DNA from: an uncultured delta proteobacterium
GTDB lineage: Bacteria; Desulfobacterota; RBG-13-43-22
DNA length: 64,000 nucleotides
Assembly: GCA_963711835.1 (NCBI GenBank)
Contig: CAVQFQ010000017.1
Location: 706,189-770,188 of the forward strand
Direction of reading: 5' to 3'
Shown: piece by piece, positions 59,416-64,000 of the stretch
How positions within the stretch are numbered: the first letter of the stretch is position 1
How the letters are laid out: each line of letters begins with the position of its first letter
Notes under the pieces: model-generated
Database searches by the model: none
Told to the model about the DNA's origin: nothing
The model's input: the letters and a program-made list of their open reading frames with translations, nothing else
Position numbers and translations under genes: made by a program

Positions 59416-61403
59416 GGAATAAATTTTTTTAAAAGGGTTAGGGCTTCATCGCCGGTCTGGTCCTTTTTGTGAACTAAAACCCAGTCCTCCTCTGAATTTT
59501 TTAGAGAGGCAACCATCCAGGGGGGGACCATGCGGCTTATCCAGGCCCTCCCTTCCATGGTCCCGGCAGGGCTGGAGATTAAAATGGCGTCCCCATTTTC
59601 AATATGAAGGGCCATGGCCGTCTCAGGATTGATTTGAACCGTATGTTCCTCTTCCAGGTTTTGGGTCCAAGGCCAAAAACGGCCGATAGATCCGGAGCTG
59701 GAAACGAAGGGGATCTTTTGGAAGTACAGAGGGAAGTGTTCTCTATCTAAAGCCGGAGAGGGTGATTCCAAGGTCTTAGGGGCAGGGGTCGGTTCCATTT
59801 TCCCGTCCCCATCCATTTCAACCGCAAAGGACCAAAAGCCGGGATCCGGAACCTGGTTCGGGTCCTTTAGCCGGTCCAGCTGAAATCCTTTTAGGACTGG
59901 ACTGCCCTCAACAACCCATTGATAAAAGGAGCGATAATCCGCCGAACCCTCTTCGTTTATCCAGGGGAAGGCCTCTTGCCACCCAAAACGTTTGGCCAGG
60001 CCCAACCAAAAGTCCAAGCCCGACCGGCACCCGGGCCGGGGCTCCACGATCTTCTCGGCCCAATGTATGGCCCGGTCATTACTGAAACAAAGGCCGCTCT
60101 TTTCCGCCCATAAAGCCGCGGGAAAGACCAAGTGGGATAGTTCCTGGGTGATATTGGGGAAGGATCCAAAGGTGGCAATCACGTCCGGTCTTTTCTCCAG
60201 GCCCTGGAAGAAAGAAAAGAAATTACTTAGGCAATCCCCCGAGCAGAGAATAGCCTTGGCCCGGACCTCTCCTTTTTTAACCCTCTCCCTGAGTTCTTTT
60301 AATATCCCAGGGGCTTGGGTTTCTTTACCCTGCGGGACCTTTTCAGTAGGTTGATCGGCAATACCCCGGTAAGGATTAAGCGGCGGCGTTGTCGCATCCA
60401 GGGGATACCAGCCGCTGCCTTTAGTTCCACCCCAGTCCTTGGCGGTTACCAGAGTAGGCCAAACACCATAGCTTTCAAAGGCGGCCAAATTTCTGCCTGT
60501 GACGATGGTGGTGGGAAGGTTCCCCCACAGAAGGTCCTGAAGCTCCTTAATGCTTTCGGAGGTGATGCCTAAAGCATTTTCCATATCCTCCCAGGAAAGT
60601 TGATCGAAGGAAGCTCGCCACTTTTCCGGATCACTAAAGCGGGCCTGGGCGATTGCGTCGTGGGGGCCTGGGTTCTCCAGGACTATTTTCATCAAAGCCA
60701 GTCCCAAGACGTTTCCACTATTGGGCCTGATTCTCAGGGGCAGGTCGGCTTTGGACAGGGTCCTAGTAAAACGGGTATCTGCGGCTATGATTTTAGCTCC
60801 GTTCTGTTGGGCCTCCAAGGCCCATCCAAAGGCCACCGGATGGGTCGCGGCGATGTCGGCTTCAATCAAGAAAAGGCATTTGCTGTGTCCCCATTCATAA
60901 CAGGGGGAAGCAGGGTAGGGAGGCCAAGGGAATTGAGACAGGGTTTGTGGAAAATCGAAAGGATGATAAACGTGTGGTGTGCCCAGGAGGCCGGCAAAAC
61001 GGGTAGCCCCGATGGCAAAATCAAGGTCGGCTTCCGGATCACAGCCGATGAATATGGATTCAGCCCCGTGTTGGTCTTTTATTTTTCGAAGGTGTTCTGC
61101 ATACCAATCCAGGGCCTTTTCCCAATCCTCCATAGCCGTAAAAGGTTCTTGGAGGTTTTTTCGAAAGGCCGGGCAGGTGATGCGCTCAGGACTAACAAGG
61201 CCTTGCACAAAGGCCATACCCCTGGCGCAGAGTCTCCCTCTGCTGACCGGGTGATCGTCATCACCGTGGATATCGACAATGCCTCCATTTTTCAGATAGG
61301 CGATCAGACCGCATCGCAGGGAACATTCCTGGCAGACGGTCCTGACCCACCGGTCATGTTTTTTCCGGGTACCCGAATAGCGATCAAACAGGCGATGATT
61401 CAT
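59412..61403 (-). CDS. Molybdopterin (bis-PGD) oxidoreductase-family protein, divergent
   Basis: TVCQECSLRC...GRLCARG 4Fe-4S; DTRFTRT, FPAALWAEK, INPETA; Mo-ligand region and C-terminal pterin-binding motif atypical. Confidence 0.85.
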   Translation of the reverse strand: MNHRLFDRYSGTRKKHDRWVRTVCQECSLRCGLIAYLKNGGIVDIHGDDDHPVSRGRLCARGMAFVQGLVSPERITCPAFRKNLQEPFTAMEDWEKALDWYAEHLRKIKDQHGAESIFIGCDPEADLDFAIGATRFAGLLGTPHVYHPFDFPQTLSQFPWPPYPASPCYEWGHSKCLFLIEADIAATHPVAFGWALEAQQNGAKIIAADTRFTRTLSKADLPLRIRPNSGNVLGLALMKIVLENPGPHDAIAQARFSDPEKWRASFDQLSWEDMENALGITSESIKELQDLLWGNLPTTIVTGRNLAAFESYGVWPTLVTAKDWGGTKGSGWYPLDATTPPLNPYRGIADQPTEKVPQGKETQAPGILKELRERVKKGEVRAKAILCSGDCLSNFFSFFQGLEKRPDVIATFGSFPNITQELSHLVFPAALWAEKSGLCFSNDRAIHWAEKIVEPRPGCRSGLDFWLGLAKRFGWQEAFPWINEEGSADYRSFYQWVVEGSPVLKGFQLDRLKDPNQVPDPGFWSFAVEMDGDGKMEPTPAPKTLESPSPALDREHFPLYFQKIPFVSSSGSIGRFWPWTQNLEEEHTVQINPETAMALHIENGDAILISSPAGTMEGRAWISRMVPPWMVASLKNSEEDWVLVHKKDQTGDEALTLLKKFIP

Positions 61404-61413
61404 AATGATGAAC
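61398..61413. promoter_or_regulatory. GTTCA-N6-TGAAC palindrome (1 mismatch) over the oxidoreductase start codon
   Basis: attcataatgatgaac. Confidence 0.55.
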
Positions 61414-61791
61414 CATTATAGGAAAAGCATCTGGGGCTGTCAATAGTGATAACTCATTTCTGGTAGTTCATCCTGTGGGGTAGATGGTCACAAAATATGG
61501 CAACCGAGTCTGAAATCGGGCCTTCATGGCCGCCAGGTCTCGGCGAAAGAGTTTTCCACATTTCTTTTTAGGTTCTGCCCCGGCCTCAGTGTTTTCGAAT
61601 CTTCCCGGAGGCAGGGCCAACCTGGGAGGCCTTAAAAGTCTCTGAGTTCGGGCCTGATTTAATTTAAATTAGTCACTTAGGCCCGGGTCCGAAGTCCGGA
61701 GTATCTTTGGAAAACCCTTTCGCCGAGATCCGGCGGCCATAGCAGATATGGGGGGGTATCCGCCAAAAAACGCGAGGCGTCTCCCAAAAAT

Positions 61792-61807
61792 GTTCACTAT
61801 GATGAAC
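61792..61807. promoter_or_regulatory. GTTCA-N6-TGAAC palindrome upstream of IclR
   Basis: gttcactatgatgaac. Confidence 0.75.
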
Positions 61808-61991
61808 TCTAATTTCTTACTTTTGCAGGGTTCCTGGACGGTTTTCCAATTGACGGGTGGCGGTCAACAGGCCACGGTTTGTTGTTCTATCTCCTTTTTC
61901 TCCTTGACCCTCTTCCCTTTCCCGCCCTATACTTTTTATGTTGAACGGAAGAAGCCGGCCACAGAGGCTTAAATTCAACAAAGGTGAACCT

Positions 61992-62765
61992 ATGAAGGAA
62001 ATCCAATATTCCGCTCCCTCCGTTAAGAAAGCCTTTAACATCCTGCAAGCCATTGCCGATTCCCCCACCGGCCTTGGCGTGAGCGAATTGGGGAAAAGGT
62101 TAAAGATCGGGAAGAGCACGGTTCATGGCATTGCCCTGGCTCTGGAGGAACTGGGTGTGCTGGTACGAGACCGGGCCCATAAAAAATTTACCATCGGATA
62201 TACCCTGATGGACCTGGGGAGAAAGGCCTACCGGAAAATTGAGCTGGTGACCGATGTGGCCCAGAGCCCGATGGAGGCCCTGATGGAGCACGTAGGGGAA
62301 ACCGTTTTTCTGGGGATCATGCATGGCGATCACGCCATTATCCTGAAGGTAGTTGAATCGCATAATGAATTAAAAATCACTGCTCCGGCCGGGTCGAGGG
62401 TGCCGCTGCTGGCAGGAGCCTTGGGTCGAGTTTTTCTGGCTCAACTGGAAGAGGAGAAGGCTCGGGAGATTGTTCAAAAAAAAGGATTAAAGGTGTATAC
62501 CACTAATTCGGTAACCGATTCAAAACGATTTCTTAAAGAAGTGGAGGAGACCCGGAGGAAAGGTTTCGCTACAGACCAGGAAGAGTATATTCTTGGCGTA
62601 ACGGCCATCGCTTCCCAGATCGAGACCCTCTCCCTGCCGCCGGTTGCCATCTGGGTTGTCGGCTTCAGTCCCGGTTTCACCGATCCAAAGATGGAGAAGG
62701 TGGTCCTCGAAATTCAAAAGACCGCTATCGAAATCAGCCAGTTAATCAAAAATAATCAAAAGTAA
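61992..62765 (+). CDS. IclR-family transcriptional regulator
   Basis: APSVKKAFNIL, HTH GVSELG..GKSTVHGI, GETVFLG, GALGRVFLA, GFATDQEE. Confidence 0.93.
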   Translation: MKEIQYSAPSVKKAFNILQAIADSPTGLGVSELGKRLKIGKSTVHGIALALEELGVLVRDRAHKKFTIGYTLMDLGRKAYRKIELVTDVAQSPMEALMEHVGETVFLGIMHGDHAIILKVVESHNELKITAPAGSRVPLLAGALGRVFLAQLEEEKAREIVQKKGLKVYTTNSVTDSKRFLKEVEETRRKGFATDQEEYILGVTAIASQIETLSLPPVAIWVVGFSPGFTDPKMEKVVLEIQKTAIEISQLIKNNQK

Positions 62766-62926
62766 TACGAAAATAACCCACTCCCACCCCTTCAAGGGAG
62801 GGTGAGGGAAGATGGTTTTTCATTCTTCGTGGCGGCCGTTCCTCAAACGATCCAAATTGTTGGCATCCAATGCCTTTAGCCGAAGGGCCAACCCTGGTTC
62901 CAGGATCCCATTGAGTCTTAAAGCCC

Positions 62927-62942
62927 GTTCATTATAATGAAC
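62927..62942. promoter_or_regulatory. GTTCA-N6-TGAAC palindrome
   Basis: gttcattataatgaac. Confidence 0.75.
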
Positions 62943-63111
62943 AAATTTTTCAAACAACTTTACTGGAGGCCCTATTTTTTCTTTACAAAAACAAAGAATA
63001 TGATACATTAATATTATAAAAAAATCATCTAATCATGTCAAAAAAAGCATAATAAAACATTATTGGGAATTTTAAAAGATGGGTAGTTGGTTTTAAATGT
63101 TTCGATGCGAT

Positions 63112-63127
63112 GTTCATTTAGGTGAAC
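63112..63127. promoter_or_regulatory. GTTCA-N6-TGAAC palindrome
   Basis: atGTTCAtttaggTGAACat. Confidence 0.75.
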
Positions 63128-63165
63128 ATTATTTAGGGCTGGTCAATCAAAGAAAGGAGATCGAT

Positions 63166-63447
63166 ATGGCAATAGAACAAGAAAAGATTTCCGGGGCTGC
63201 GAGTCTACGCGCGACCAGGACTTACGGCAAATTCAGATGCCATAATCCAACCTGTATGGAAAGGCTTGAACCCAAGGCCGGCGATAAAACGATCAAATGC
63301 CCCACCTGCGGGATGGAATACCGCGTGGCCTGGGTTAAGGATGGGTTCCCCAGAATCCGGGGGCCGGTATGGGACGTCAATAGGAAAATTGCTGACGAGG
63401 CCTTTGCTAAAAAAATGAAGGAACAAAAGAAAAAGGAGGGGAAGTAA
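63166..63447 (+). CDS. Small Zn-ribbon-like protein
   Basis: RBS aaggag; CHNPTC...CPTC; stop 1 nt before AOR start. Confidence 0.75.
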   Translation: MAIEQEKISGAASLRATRTYGKFRCHNPTCMERLEPKAGDKTIKCPTCGMEYRVAWVKDGFPRIRGPVWDVNRKIADEAFAKKMKEQKKKEGK

Positions 63448-63448
63448 C

Positions 63449-64000
63449 ATGCCTCTAAAAAGGAAAATTGCCTACATTGATCTAACGACAGGTGAAATAG
63501 AAACAAAACCCATTCCCATTGAGGTTCGAAAAAAATTCCTCGGTGGAAGGGGGCTGGATGCCTATCTGCTTTATAACCACACTAAAAAAGGGTGCGACCC
63601 GGTTGGTCCGGACAATGCACTCATGGTTAGCGGAGGCATTCTGACGGCCACCTGCGCCTCAGCCACGGCCAGAACCCATGTGATGGCCAAGTCGCCACTC
63701 ACCGGTTTATTGGGGAGTGCCAACATGGGCGGCTTCTTTGCACCTGAGCTTGCCTGGGCCGGTTTTCACCATCTGGTGATCACGGGCAAGGCGGAAAAAC
63801 CAGTGTATCTCTTTGTGCACAACGGCGAAATCGAAATCCGCGACGCCAGAGGCATCTGGGGGAAGTCCGTCACCGATGCCCAGTGGGCCATTCGTGATGA
63901 TCTTGGGGATCAGGAAGTCAAGAGCATGGTCTGCGGGCCTGCGGGTGAAAACCTGGTCGTCTGGGCCAATGTTATGACAGGCATCAAAAACTCCGGTGGT
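63449..64000 (+). CDS. Tungsten aldehyde:ferredoxin oxidoreductase-family protein (5' partial; runs off window)
   Basis: Hand-translated MPLKRKIAYIDLTTGEI...FLGGRGL...KSPLTGLLGSANMGGFFAPEL...EIRDA...GPAGENLV; RBS aaggaggg. Confidence 0.9.
   Translation, partial: MPLKRKIAYIDLTTGEIETKPIPIEVRKKFLGGRGLDAYLLYNHTKKGCDPVGPDNALMVSGGILTATCASATARTHVMAKSPLTGLLGSANMGGFFAPELAWAGFHHLVITGKAEKPVYLFVHNGEIEIRDARGIWGKSVTDAQWAIRDDLGDQEVKSMVCGPAGENLVVWANVMTGIKNSGG

Overview
64 kb from an anaerobic, aromatic-degrading bacterium, most likely Desulfobacterota (inferred from gene content). Housekeeping genes: sucCD, queH, dapA, ilvE, nrdD-glutaredoxin-nrdG with NrdR boxes, carB, MoxR/VWA. Surface functions: a TPR lipoprotein and a c-di-GMP-I-riboswitch-led FN3/repeat/glycoside-hydrolase gene, both behind sigma54-type promoters. 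A complete class II (W-dependent) benzoyl-CoA reductase operon bamBCDEFGHI has in-frame UGA/SECIS selenocysteines in both BamE and BamF. It is flanked by DUF2080/GNAT genes and directly followed by class I BCR ATPase subunits (bzdP/bzdQ-like) and a ferredoxin, with no bzdN/O in the window. Next is a small toxin-antitoxin/defence islet. The most unusual part is 49-64 kb. There, six copies of the palindrome GTTCA-N6-TGAAC around an IclR gene link three units: (i) a degenerate molybdopterin-oxidoreductase/FeS/HdrC/HdrB/HdrL/MvhD/MvhG/MvhA-like operon whose MvhA lacks both nickel-binding motifs, (ii) a ferredoxin-ferredoxin-metV operon without metF, and (iii) a Zn-ribbon gene plus a second AOR-family gene running off the window end. 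Many frameshifts, mostly single-base insertions and concentrated at 36-56 kb, are probably sequencing errors. I found no rRNA, tRNA or CRISPR array.
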